Below are positions 47,562 to 55,911 of a stretch of DNA of 64,000 nucleotides, one piece after another. The notes under the pieces are model-generated. The model worked only from the letters and a program-made list of their open reading frames with translations, had not been told where the DNA came from and searched no databases. The stretch is from NCBI GenBank assembly GCA_045655865.1, contig JAZOQB010000047.1, positions 1,261 through 65,260 on the forward strand, given 5' to 3'. Source of the DNA: Eubacteriales bacterium (GTDB taxonomy: Bacteria > Bacillota > Clostridia > Oscillospirales > SIG627). The first letter of the stretch is position 1; each line of letters begins with the position of its first letter. The translations under genes were made by a program, and so were the position numbers.

Positions 47562-48644
47562 TTACTCCTGGTTTGTTTTTGTTTTGTCCTTATACAGAAC
47601 AAGGGCAAGCAGAACCGCGCAAACGCCGGAGATCAGTTTACCGGCGATCATGGGTATAACATAACTGCTGTCAAGGGCCATGGTAAAGGCAAGGTGCGCG
47701 CCAAATACGAAAGCTGCAGAAACCGCAAAAGCGGAATTGAGCACAACGCCCTTTTTGTCCATCTTGTCCATGATGCCAAAAATTGTGGTGTTGGTAACCA
47801 GACAGGTAAGAAATGATAGCGTAGAAATGCCGTTTATGCCAATTTTTGCGCCCAGTCGGTTAAGGGGCTTGTTTAAAAGCTTCACAATTAAGGCCATAAG
47901 CGGCAAGGCGCCGGTCAGCGTTACCATGGCATTGGCGCATACCAAGGAAGCGTTTTCAAACGTATCAAAATGGGGGAAAATTTCGGTCTTTGTCAAAAAG
48001 GTAAAAATGGAACATGCAAGACCGAGGATCGACACCGTTTTTATCAAAACGCCAAATGCGGAAAAACACTTGATACAGAACTTCGGAACAATCCCCAGTG
48101 CCACGCCCACAATAACCGAAAGGATAATCAGCGGAAGGAGGTTTAAAAGAATGGCAAGCGGTTTTAGTCCGCATATCAGTCCTGCAACAAAGCAGCCCAC
48201 CGGAATCATCACAATGCCGCAAAGCAGACCGAAGAAAAGCTGATAATGCTGTTCCTTCTTCACCGCACCCAGGGAAAAAGGAACGGTGTAGGAGATCACC
48301 GCGCCCATCATCGTGGAAACGACATAGGCATTATATTTTCCCATATCCGCTGATTTGCAAACAGCCAGGGAAAGAGATGCGCCGCCCATGTCGTTTGCCA
48401 AAATGGAAGCCGGGATAATTGATGGGTCGATATGAAATATGCTATAAAACTTATCCAGCACAGGGCTTAACCACACGCCGATCTGGGGTGCGATTACCAG
48501 CATACCCAGCATGGATAATGCCATGGGGCAAAACAGCGAAAAAGCCTCCTTAAACGCTTCGCCAAGTCCAAACTTGTTGCCGATGATGTAATCCAATGCG
48601 CCAAGCAGCGAAAAGACCAATATAATAACCGTTAGCACATTCAT
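47562..48644 (-). CDS. eutH: EutH-family permease (ethanolamine-utilisation protein EutH homologue)
   Basis: 360-aa polytopic protein. The C-terminal block NSAFAVSAAFVFGAHLAFTMALDSSYVIPMIAGKLISGV parallels E. coli EutH INCAFAVSAAFALGDHLGFAA...IFPMIVGKLIGGV. Confidence 0.85.
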   Translation of the reverse strand: MNVLTVIILVFSLLGALDYIIGNKFGLGEAFKEAFSLFCPMALSMLGMLVIAPQIGVWLSPVLDKFYSIFHIDPSIIPASILANDMGGASLSLAVCKSADMGKYNAYVVSTMMGAVISYTVPFSLGAVKKEQHYQLFFGLLCGIVMIPVGCFVAGLICGLKPLAILLNLLPLIILSVIVGVALGIVPKFCIKCFSAFGVLIKTVSILGLACSIFTFLTKTEIFPHFDTFENASLVCANAMVTLTGALPLMALIVKLLNKPLNRLGAKIGINGISTLSFLTCLVTNTTIFGIMDKMDKKGVVLNSAFAVSAAFVFGAHLAFTMALDSSYVIPMIAGKLISGVCAVLLALVLYKDKTKTNQE

Positions 48645-49459
48645 AGCGTAACCTCTTGAAATCCGTTGTCGGTAAGGATGTATTTGCTACGAAATCCCGC
48701 TGCAAAAAGCAGTTCTTCCGCCTCTTTAAAGTAGCTGTCGATAACGTTCTTGTCGTGGCAGTCTGAAGAGATCACTGCACCAAAGCCGCAACGTTTAAAC
48801 TCCTTTAAAATCTCAATTTGGGGGTAAGGACAGGTGCGGTATCCGCGAATCATAGGTGCCGTGCTTATCTCAAACAATGGGATCTTCCCCTGTAAAGCAT
48901 GGATCGCGCCAAAGGCCAGGTCAAGATATTCTTTTGACGCTGTGTCCATGAAATTTCCCTTTTCGTTGTTTTTCGCCACAAGGTCAAAATGGGCCACGAT
49001 GTCAAAATCGTTGATTTCCGGAAGCCGGGCGAGCGTTTCATAATATGCTTTTGCATAGCGCAAGCCGTCACCGCCGAACTTTTCTTCTATGCATACAAGG
49101 GTCGTTTTTAGATCCCTATCCACCCCAACGATTTTATCGCCGCAAATAATGTAGTGGGCAGAGCCGATCAGATAATCAAAGCCTTCCGGTGAGAAGGTCG
49201 AAAGCATCTCATATTCCAAGCCGCAAAAAACATCGATCACGCCTTTGTATTTCTCTTTCAGATGGCGGATCTCTTCCCGATACACAGGCACGTTTTCCAT
49301 CTTCATTTGCATAGCGTAGGAAGACCGAGCATTAAAGGTATGCTCGGAAAAACCGATCCCCTGAAAGCCTCGTTGAATCGCTTCCAGGATCATCTCTTCC
49401 GGCGTGTCTTTTCCATCAGAATACGTGGTGTGGGTATGCAGATTCTGTTTGTACTTCAT
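48641..49459 (-). CDS. PHP-domain phosphoesterase, HisJ/HisK histidinol-phosphatase family
   Basis: MKYKQNLHTHTTYSDGK... (PHP motif I), GFSEHT, GSAHY, and C-terminal SSDCHD. The stop overlaps the eutH start (ATGA at 48641-48644). ATG 49459 was chosen (GAAGG upstream). Confidence 0.85.
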   Translation of the reverse strand: MKYKQNLHTHTTYSDGKDTPEEMILEAIQRGFQGIGFSEHTFNARSSYAMQMKMENVPVYREEIRHLKEKYKGVIDVFCGLEYEMLSTFSPEGFDYLIGSAHYIICGDKIVGVDRDLKTTLVCIEEKFGGDGLRYAKAYYETLARLPEINDFDIVAHFDLVAKNNEKGNFMDTASKEYLDLAFGAIHALQGKIPLFEISTAPMIRGYRTCPYPQIEILKEFKRCGFGAVISSDCHDKNVIDSYFKEAEELLFAAGFRSKYILTDNGFQEVTL

Positions 49460-49492
49460 TATCTGACCTTCTTTTCCAAATTTTCCTTTATC

Positions 49493-49521
49493 ATTATACA
49501 ACATACGTTTCTGTAAATCAA
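49493..49521 (-). promoter_or_regulatory. Predicted sigma-A promoter of the PHP-eutH pair
   Basis: Minus strand: -35 TTGATT (49521-49516), 17-nt spacer, -10 TATAAT (49498-49493). Confidence 0.6.
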
Positions 49522-49550
49522 TAAGAAACCCCGCCGAAAAATCGGCGGGG
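49522..49550 (-). terminator. Intrinsic terminator after the lipoprotein gene
   Basis: 9-bp GC-rich stem CCCCGCCGA / TCGGCGGGG with loop AAAA. On the minus strand it is followed by TTTCTTAT. Confidence 0.85.
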
Positions 49551-49635
49551 CTCAATTTTTGTTGGACAAATAATTACTTGTTCTTAATTGCAGGCTGGGG
49601 TGATATGAGCAAAAAGGGGGAAATTAAATAAATCT

Positions 49636-51228
49636 TTAAGAAGCCGCTTCTGCAACATTTGAAAACTGGTTTCCACCCTTTGTGATTGTAAATGTGGTTG
49701 AGGTTTCTCCGCTTGGCATCATATTCCCACCAATCATTCCACCTTCATTATCTGGCGGCGTCATACCTTCTGGTATTTCAGGCCGTTCACCATTAGGCGC
49801 TTCTGGCTTTTCTCCGTTAGGCATTTCGGGTCTCTCACCATTCGGCATTTCTGGTCTTTCGCCTTGTGGGAATTCTCCGTTCGGTTTTTCGGGTCTTTCC
49901 ATACCCTCTGGCACTTCGGGTGGGGCGCCTTGCTCACCATTCGGCATCTGGGGCCTTTCTCCCTGTGGCATTCCGCCTCCAATATTTTGAGTTTTACTTC
50001 CAGATAATTGAATTTTTCCTTGCCAGAATGTGTAGTCATCAGGGGTAATTTCGCTTCCTGCAACAATTAAGTAAGTGAAAGCATTTGCAGGGGTATACTC
50101 ACCAATAACTTTACCATCAGAGTTTTTAAGGGTATATATGTTGTTGCCTTTTTGACGATTAGCAAAACTGAATACAACATAAGTTTGATTGCCACCAGCA
50201 ATATGGTCGAGCATATTCCCCGAAGCAATTACTTTGCCACCGTTAATATAAATACCCTTGTCAGAGTCGATGCCAGCATCACCACTTGAAGAACAAGCCT
50301 GTGCTGTAATGGTTCCACCATTGATTACAAGCCAACCATTTGAGTCAATTCCATCACCCTCACCCGTACTGCCGTCGCAAAGAATATTGAGTGTACCTCC
50401 ATTCATAGTGGTAACAGACACATTGTCCTCGTTGGTGTTAATTCCATCGTTGCCCGATGTAATATTGATAATACCGCCATTTATCGTAAGGTGAAGTTCA
50501 GTATCAAGGCCTTCGTTTTCGGCTTTTATGTTTAATATACCTGTTCCTTTATCTCCACCGTTTATGTTCATTGTTTTCTTTGAGTAGAAAGCACCATCAT
50601 ACTTGTGAAGTTTCTTGCTATCCACAACCTCTTTGCCATCTTCACTCAATTCATAAGATTTGTAAATTTTGGCGACATAAGAACCGTTGATATTGTTTTC
50701 AGTACCGTCGGCAATAATCACATTTGCACCTGCATTTTTAGTGTCAACATCTTTTGTTGCTGTTTCTTCATCACTGTTTGAACATTCGTATACATTATAA
50801 AAAATGATAGCAGGTGCCACCTTACAAGTAATATCAACATCATTAAGAATGAGTGTTACTACTGCATTGGAGTCTGTTTCTGCATCTTCACCCAGGTCGA
50901 TTGCTATTTGCCCCAGCGAGAGTGTTCCGCTCAAGACATATCTGCCTGGTTTTGTAATGTGAACAACAGTATGTACATCTGCTTCACTTTGCTCGTGTTC
51001 ATCTTGCTTTTCTCCCTCACCGTAGGTGAAATCTTGTCCTGCAAGATAAAACACAATGTCATTGGCAGAATAAACCGCCTGTGTAGCATCGCTTGTAATC
51101 TCTTGTCCGTCAACTGTAATTTTGTTATCAGACAGGTTGATTTGAGTGCCTTCGATTTTTGACTCCTTTGAACCGCAGCCCGAAAGTAAAAGGGTTAGCA
51201 CTACGAAACACGCTAATATTTTTTTCAT
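49636..51228 (-). CDS. Lipoprotein of the carbohydrate-binding beta-helix family (DUF4353 / Cthe_2159-like) with a Pro/Glu-rich tandem-repeat tail
   Basis: 530 aa. Lipobox LLSGC. Repetitive beta-helix segments (INGG.ITI..G.DGI...) typical of the family. C-terminal PNGERPEM-type repeats. Confidence 0.85.
   Translation of the reverse strand: MKKILACFVVLTLLLSGCGSKESKIEGTQINLSDNKITVDGQEITSDATQAVYSANDIVFYLAGQDFTYGEGEKQDEHEQSEADVHTVVHITKPGRYVLSGTLSLGQIAIDLGEDAETDSNAVVTLILNDVDITCKVAPAIIFYNVYECSNSDEETATKDVDTKNAGANVIIADGTENNINGSYVAKIYKSYELSEDGKEVVDSKKLHKYDGAFYSKKTMNINGGDKGTGILNIKAENEGLDTELHLTINGGIINITSGNDGINTNEDNVSVTTMNGGTLNILCDGSTGEGDGIDSNGWLVINGGTITAQACSSSGDAGIDSDKGIYINGGKVIASGNMLDHIAGGNQTYVVFSFANRQKGNNIYTLKNSDGKVIGEYTPANAFTYLIVAGSEITPDDYTFWQGKIQLSGSKTQNIGGGMPQGERPQMPNGEQGAPPEVPEGMERPEKPNGEFPQGERPEMPNGERPEMPNGEKPEAPNGERPEIPEGMTPPDNEGGMIGGNMMPSGETSTTFTITKGGNQFSNVAEAAS
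49750..49980 (-). repeat. Imperfect 24-nt (8-codon) tandem repeats inside the lipoprotein gene
   Basis: In-register units at 49777, 49801, 49825, 49849, 49873 and 49897 (for example TTCGGGTCTCTCACCATTCGGCAT). They encode P-N-G-E-[RK]-P-E-[MAI] about 8 times. Confidence 0.85.
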
Positions 51229-51309
51229 ATTGCACCTCTATTAACAATAATACAGTATTTATACAATAACATATTTAAGTGAAAAAGCAGTGAACAGATT
51301 GTGAAACTA

Positions 51310-51337
51310 TCGCCCTGCCGAATTTTCGGCAGGGCGA
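51310..51337 (-). terminator. Hairpin terminator after ppdK
   Basis: 12-bp stem TCGCCCTGCCGA / TCGGCAGGGCGA with loop ATTT, 21 nt after the ppdK stop. The minus-strand U-tract is poor (AUAGUUUCAC), so efficiency is uncertain. Confidence 0.65.
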
Positions 51338-51358
51338 AAGTTTGTTTTATAAATCTAA

Positions 51359-53992
51359 TTACTTAGATTCTTTGATGGCAGCCTGGGCGGCGGAAAGTCT
51401 TGCGATGGGTACTCTGTAGGGAGAGCAGGAAACGTAGTCCAGACCGATCTTGTGGCAGAACTCGATGGAAGAGGGATCGCCGCCGTGCTCGCCGCAGATA
51501 CCGCAGTGCATCTCAGGACGGGCGGTCTTACCCATCTTCACAGCCATTTCCATAAGCTTGCCTACGCCGGTGGTATCAAGGCGGGCAAAAGGATCGGACT
51601 CATAGATCTTATTGGCGTAGTAAGCGGGCAGGAACTTGCCGGCGTCATCACGGGAGAAGCCGAACGTCATCTGGGTCAGGTCGTTGGTACCGAAGCAGAA
51701 GAACTGAGCTTCCGTAGCAATTTCATCGGCGGTGAGAGCTGCTCTGGGAATTTCGATCATAGTACCTACTTCGTACTTCAATTCTTTACCGGAAGCGGCA
51801 ATGATCTCATCGGCGGTTTTCACCACGATGTCTTTCACAAACTTCAATTCCTTGGTTTCGCCAGCCAGAGGAATCATAATCTCAGGAACAATGTTCCAGT
51901 CGGCATGTCTTCCCTTCACTGCCAGCGCCGCCTTAATGATTGCACGGGTCTGCATGACGGCGATCTCGGGATAGGTGACGGTGAGACGGCATCCACGGTG
52001 ACCCATCATGGGGTTGAACTCGTGGAGATCGTTGATGACCTGCTTAATATACTGAACGGTCTTACCCTGAGCCTGGGCAAGAGCGGCAATGTCTGCCTCG
52101 TCAGTGGGAACGAATTCGTGGAGCGGAGGATCCAGGAAGCGGATGGTAACAGGATACCCGCCAAGAGCTTCAAAGAGTCCCTCAAAGTCGGACTGCTGCA
52201 TGGGTTCGATCTTAGCCAGGGCCGCTTCTCTCTCTTCTACGGACTCAGCGCAGATCATTTCGCGGAAAGCGCCGATTCTGGAAGGATCAAAGAACATATG
52301 CTCGGTGCGGCAAAGGCCAATGCCCTGGGCGCCAAATGCGGCGGCCTGCTTGGCATCCTCAGGAGAATCCGCATTGGTTCTCACGGCCAGCTTCTTATAC
52401 TTATCAGAAAGCTCCATGATACGTCCAAAGTAGCCGCTGTTGGGATCTGCGGGAACGGTGGCGATCAGTTCGCCGTAAATGTTACCGGTGGAACCGTCCA
52501 AAGAAAGAACGTCTACCTCGCGGTAGGTCTTTCCAGCCAAGGTAAAGCACTTGTTTTCTTCGTCCATCTTAATGTCGCCACAGCCGGAAACGCAGCAGGT
52601 ACCCATACCACGGGCAACAACGGCCGCGTGAGAGGTCTGTCCACCGCGAACGGTGAGGATGCCCTGGGCGTACTTCATTCCTTCAATGTCTTCGGGGCTG
52701 GTCTCCAAACGAACCAAAACAACTTTTTCACCCTTCTTGCCCTCAAGTACGGCATCTTCCGCGGTAAACACGATCTTACCGGCGGCGGCACCGGGGGATG
52801 CGGCGATACCCTTGCCGATGGCCTGGGCCTTCTTCAGGGCAGCAGCGTCGAACTGGGGATGGAGGAGCATATCAAGGCTCTTGGCATCGATCTGCATGAG
52901 GGCTTCCTCTTCGCTGATCATTCCCTCGTCAATCAGATCGCAAGCGATCTTGATAGCAGCGGCAGCGGTACGCTTGCCGTTACGGGTCTGGAGCATATAG
53001 AGCTTTCTGTCTTCGATGGTAAACTCCATATCCTGCATATCGCGATAGTGATTTTCCAAGGTCTCGCAAATGCCAAGGAATTGCTGATAAACCTCAGGCT
53101 GAACTTCTTTCATCTTCTCGATGGGCATGGGAGTACGAACGCCGGCCACAACGTCTTCGCCCTGAGCGTTCATCAAAAACTCACCCATGAGACCCTTTTC
53201 GCCGGTGGCGGGGTTACGGGTAAAGGCAACGCCGGTACCGCTGGTTTCACCCAGGTTACCGAATGCCATCATCTGCACGTTAACGGCAGTGCCCCAAGAA
53301 TAGGGGATGTCGTGGTCCATTCTGTAAATGTTGGCGCGAGGATTGTCCCAAGAGCGGAACACGGCCTTGATGGCTTCAAAGAGCTGTGCTTTGGGATCAT
53401 CCGGGAAATCGGTGCCCAGCTGTGCCTTGTATTCTCCTTTGAACTGGTTGGCCAGATTCTCCAGATCTTCGGCAGTCAGGTCGATATCGGACTCCACGCC
53501 TTTTTCTTCCTTCATCTGGTCAATGAGCTTTTCAAAGTACTTCTTGCCCACTTCCATTACAACGTCAGAGAACATCTGAATAAATCTTCTGTAGCAGTCC
53601 CAAGCCCAACGGGGATTACCGGACTTCTCGGCCAAAACACGAACTACTTTCTCGTTAAGACCCAGGTTCAAAATGGTATCCATCATACCGGGCATGGAAG
53701 CACGAGCGCCGGAACGAACGGAAACCAGAAGGGGGTTCTCCATATCACCAAACTTCTTGCCGGTGATTTCTTCCATCTTGCCGACGGTCTCCATGATCTC
53801 CGCCTGAATGTCGGCATTGATCTGGCGTCCATCTTCATAATACTGGGTACAAGCCTCGGTGGAAATGGTAAACCCTTGGGGAACGGGAAGACCGATCTTA
53901 GTCATTTCTGCCAGGTTGGCACCCTTTCCTCCCAGGAGGTTACGCATAGAGGCGTCGCCTTCTGTAAAGAGATAACAGAACTTTTTACTCAT
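51359..53992 (-). CDS. ppdK: Pyruvate, phosphate dikinase
   Basis: 877 aa. ATP-grasp N-terminus, phospho-His motif RGGQTSHAAVVARGMG, C-terminal PEP/pyruvate TIM barrel (GICGEHGGDP). Confidence 0.98.
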   Translation of the reverse strand: MSKKFCYLFTEGDASMRNLLGGKGANLAEMTKIGLPVPQGFTISTEACTQYYEDGRQINADIQAEIMETVGKMEEITGKKFGDMENPLLVSVRSGARASMPGMMDTILNLGLNEKVVRVLAEKSGNPRWAWDCYRRFIQMFSDVVMEVGKKYFEKLIDQMKEEKGVESDIDLTAEDLENLANQFKGEYKAQLGTDFPDDPKAQLFEAIKAVFRSWDNPRANIYRMDHDIPYSWGTAVNVQMMAFGNLGETSGTGVAFTRNPATGEKGLMGEFLMNAQGEDVVAGVRTPMPIEKMKEVQPEVYQQFLGICETLENHYRDMQDMEFTIEDRKLYMLQTRNGKRTAAAAIKIACDLIDEGMISEEEALMQIDAKSLDMLLHPQFDAAALKKAQAIGKGIAASPGAAAGKIVFTAEDAVLEGKKGEKVVLVRLETSPEDIEGMKYAQGILTVRGGQTSHAAVVARGMGTCCVSGCGDIKMDEENKCFTLAGKTYREVDVLSLDGSTGNIYGELIATVPADPNSGYFGRIMELSDKYKKLAVRTNADSPEDAKQAAAFGAQGIGLCRTEHMFFDPSRIGAFREMICAESVEEREAALAKIEPMQQSDFEGLFEALGGYPVTIRFLDPPLHEFVPTDEADIAALAQAQGKTVQYIKQVINDLHEFNPMMGHRGCRLTVTYPEIAVMQTRAIIKAALAVKGRHADWNIVPEIMIPLAGETKELKFVKDIVVKTADEIIAASGKELKYEVGTMIEIPRAALTADEIATEAQFFCFGTNDLTQMTFGFSRDDAGKFLPAYYANKIYESDPFARLDTTGVGKLMEMAVKMGKTARPEMHCGICGEHGGDPSSIEFCHKIGLDYVSCSPYRVPIARLSAAQAAIKESK

Positions 53993-54047
53993 AATCTATT
54001 CTCCTTCGTTAATTTAAAATTCTTATCGTTATCACATTATTCTTGTT

Positions 54048-54076
54048 ATTTTATCATAACCAGAAAAAAATTGCAA
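54048..54076 (-). promoter_or_regulatory. Predicted sigma-A promoter of ppdK
   Basis: Minus strand: -35 TTGCAA (54076-54071), 17-nt spacer, TGa-extended -10 TAAAAT (54053-54048). Confidence 0.6.
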
Positions 54077-54114
54077 TAAACAATGACAAAATATTTTCAA
54101 AAAGCAGAAAAATC

Positions 54115-54498
54115 TCAGAAAAGTTTCGCCGCTTCACCCAGAAAAAGAAGCCGGAACAATTCCTCGTTTCTCGCGGTGCGCTCATGCAAGGCATTCCAGC
54201 CAAAAACTGCCTCCAGTCCGGTAGCAAGGCGATAGGAGTACAGGTCTACGTTTCTCGGATTTGAGGGAGCTTTGGTGTTTTTTGCACGGGTGAAGATCTC
54301 TCGTTCTTCTTCGGTAAGGTGGCACAGGCCCTCTTTCACCGCCCGGCTTTGACTTTTGGCGGTAACATACTGCAGAGCCATTTGATTGCACTCAGCGTTG
54401 GTTTTGCAAACAGAAAGCACGTGCTTTCGGACCAAAACTTCCATCACTGCATCTCCCAGATACGCTAGGAGCAAGGGGGAATCGGGAAAGTTAGACAT
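54115..54498 (-). CDS. mrnC: Mini-ribonuclease 3 (23S rRNA maturation)
   Basis: 127 aa. LLLAYLGDAVMEVLVRKHVL RNase III-like signature. Confidence 0.9.
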   Translation of the reverse strand: MSNFPDSPLLLAYLGDAVMEVLVRKHVLSVCKTNAECNQMALQYVTAKSQSRAVKEGLCHLTEEEREIFTRAKNTKAPSNPRNVDLYSYRLATGLEAVFGWNALHERTARNEELFRLLFLGEAAKLF

Positions 54499-54513
54499 GG
54501 GTTTCCTTTCATG

Positions 54514-54543
54514 AAAAAACAGGGGGAGTTCCCCCTGTTTTTC
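54514..54543 (-). terminator. Intrinsic terminator after the LRR gene
   Basis: AAAAAA-CAGGGGG-AGTT-CCCCCTG-TTTTTT. It lies only about 15 nt upstream of the mrnC start codon. Confidence 0.85.
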
Positions 54544-54549
54544 GATTTT

Positions 54550-55869
54550 TTAATTTTCGTTGGTTTCTGTGTTTTGAGCGTTCTCTTCTTCCTTCTCCAC
54601 AACTCTGGGAGTAGCTTCAACGGTGCATCCTGCCTCTTCCAAGGGCTTGAGAACACTCGTATCCTTCATGGGGTTGTCTGAGATGTAAAGATTCTTCAAG
54701 CTCTTTAGACCGGCAAGGGGAGCAGGATCGGTGATCTCATTGGTTTCCAGTTCCAAGGTAGTAAGGGCAGTCAAGTCCTTGAGAGGGGTTACATCCTCGA
54801 TCTTATTCTCAGACAGATGCAGTGCAGTAAGAGCCTTAAAGCCGGAAAGAGGAGATATGCTGACGATCTGGTTCTTGCTGGCGCTAAGGGTCACCATAGA
54901 AACAGCCTTTTCCAGCCCCTCAAGACTTGTGATCTTGTTTTCATCCAAAAGCAAGGTCTCCAATTTTGTCATTCCGGACAAAGCCGCAACGGACTCAATT
55001 TGGTTTTGAGAAAGAGAAAGGGTCTCAAGCTCTACCATTCCATTCAGAGCTTGCACAGAGGTAATCTTGTTGCTATCAAGAGAAAGGGTGGTCATCTTTG
55101 TAAGGCCGGAGATGGAAGAAAGATTTTCAATGCTATTCTCGATAAGAGACAGGGTCTCAAGGCTTGACAGACCACTCAAAGGCGCAAGGTCGGAGATCTC
55201 ATTTTTGTTGGCCACCAGAGTCTTTAAACTGGTCATTCCGGAAAGAACGGAAAGGTCTTTGATCCCGGTCTGGGTGAGATTTAAAGTCTCCAGATTCACA
55301 AGGTTCTTCAAAAACGAAGCGTCCGCTACGGAAATTTTCGCGATCTGCAGATCTTTTAAGCCGGTAAGAGAGGCAAGAGGAGAAAGGTCTGCCAGCTTGG
55401 CACCGTCCAAAATCAAGTGCTCCAGGCTGGAAAACCCGGAAAGCTGAGAAGCAGATTCTACTGCCTTTACATCCCCGGATAGATTTAAATACTTCAAGCC
55501 TCGCAGCATGGCAAGATCGCCGGAAAAATCACGAAGAGGGCCGGAAATGCTTACCTGAACAAGTTTCGAGGAAGCATCTTCCTGCTTTTGAACGATGGCT
55601 TCCATTGCTTCGTTTCCGCCCAGAGCCAGGGTGTTATTGCCGGCAAATTCCAAGTATGCAATGGAATCCAGATCCTCCTGGGTGATCTTGCGAGCATCTT
55701 TTTTGAAATACTGGCTCATTGCGTCCAGAAAAACGCGGTCCTCAATCAAACCGGATCTTTGATTCCAAGCGCCGATCGCTGTAAATACGAGAAAAGCCAC
55801 CAACGCCAGGCAAATAGCGCCATATACGAAGACGGCGGTGGAGTTTTTGGTTTTCTTGCTTTTTGCCAT
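54550..55869 (-). CDS. Membrane-anchored leucine-rich-repeat (internalin-like LRR) protein
   Basis: 439 aa. Lys-rich N-terminus plus one TM, then about 13 consecutive 22-aa repeats L..L..L.L..N.I.D...L.G, and an acidic tail. Confidence 0.88.
   Translation of the reverse strand: MAKSKKTKNSTAVFVYGAICLALVAFLVFTAIGAWNQRSGLIEDRVFLDAMSQYFKKDARKITQEDLDSIAYLEFAGNNTLALGGNEAMEAIVQKQEDASSKLVQVSISGPLRDFSGDLAMLRGLKYLNLSGDVKAVESASQLSGFSSLEHLILDGAKLADLSPLASLTGLKDLQIAKISVADASFLKNLVNLETLNLTQTGIKDLSVLSGMTSLKTLVANKNEISDLAPLSGLSSLETLSLIENSIENLSSISGLTKMTTLSLDSNKITSVQALNGMVELETLSLSQNQIESVAALSGMTKLETLLLDENKITSLEGLEKAVSMVTLSASKNQIVSISPLSGFKALTALHLSENKIEDVTPLKDLTALTTLELETNEITDPAPLAGLKSLKNLYISDNPMKDTSVLKPLEEAGCTVEATPRVVEKEEENAQNTETNEN
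54640..55506 (-). repeat. 66-nt (22-codon) LRR periodicity within the coding sequence
   Basis: Protein-level repeats such as LSGMTSLKTLVANKNEISDLAP, LSGLSSLETLSLIENSIENLSS and LSGMTKLETLLLDENKITSLEG. Confidence 0.8.
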
Positions 55870-55911
55870 AGTTATTTCCTTTCTGGAAGGGTAGAATGAT
55901 ACTTCTATAAT

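Noticed and set aside
53993-54047. A catabolite-responsive element (cre) in the ppdK leader (TGTGATAACGATAAGA)
   Set aside because: About 3 mismatches to the WTGNAANCGNWWNCAW consensus, including the conserved 3' CA half-site. Not convincing without a matrix score.
51452-54079. An 875-aa plus-strand ORF, almost exactly as long as ppdK and fully antisense to it
   Set aside because: The translation is low-complexity (Gly/Leu/Val/His-rich) with no recognisable motif. It has no RBS and runs through the ppdK promoter region. ppdK on the opposite strand is unambiguous. A stop-free antisense frame is expected when a highly expressed gene avoids the codons TTA, CTA and TCA.
54640-55506. Regular 66-nt periodicity (and 24-nt periodicity at 49750-49980) that could be mistaken for a CRISPR or satellite array
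   Set aside because: Both tracts lie in-frame inside long ORFs and encode LRR units and PNGERPEM octapeptides. There are no unique spacers or cas genes.
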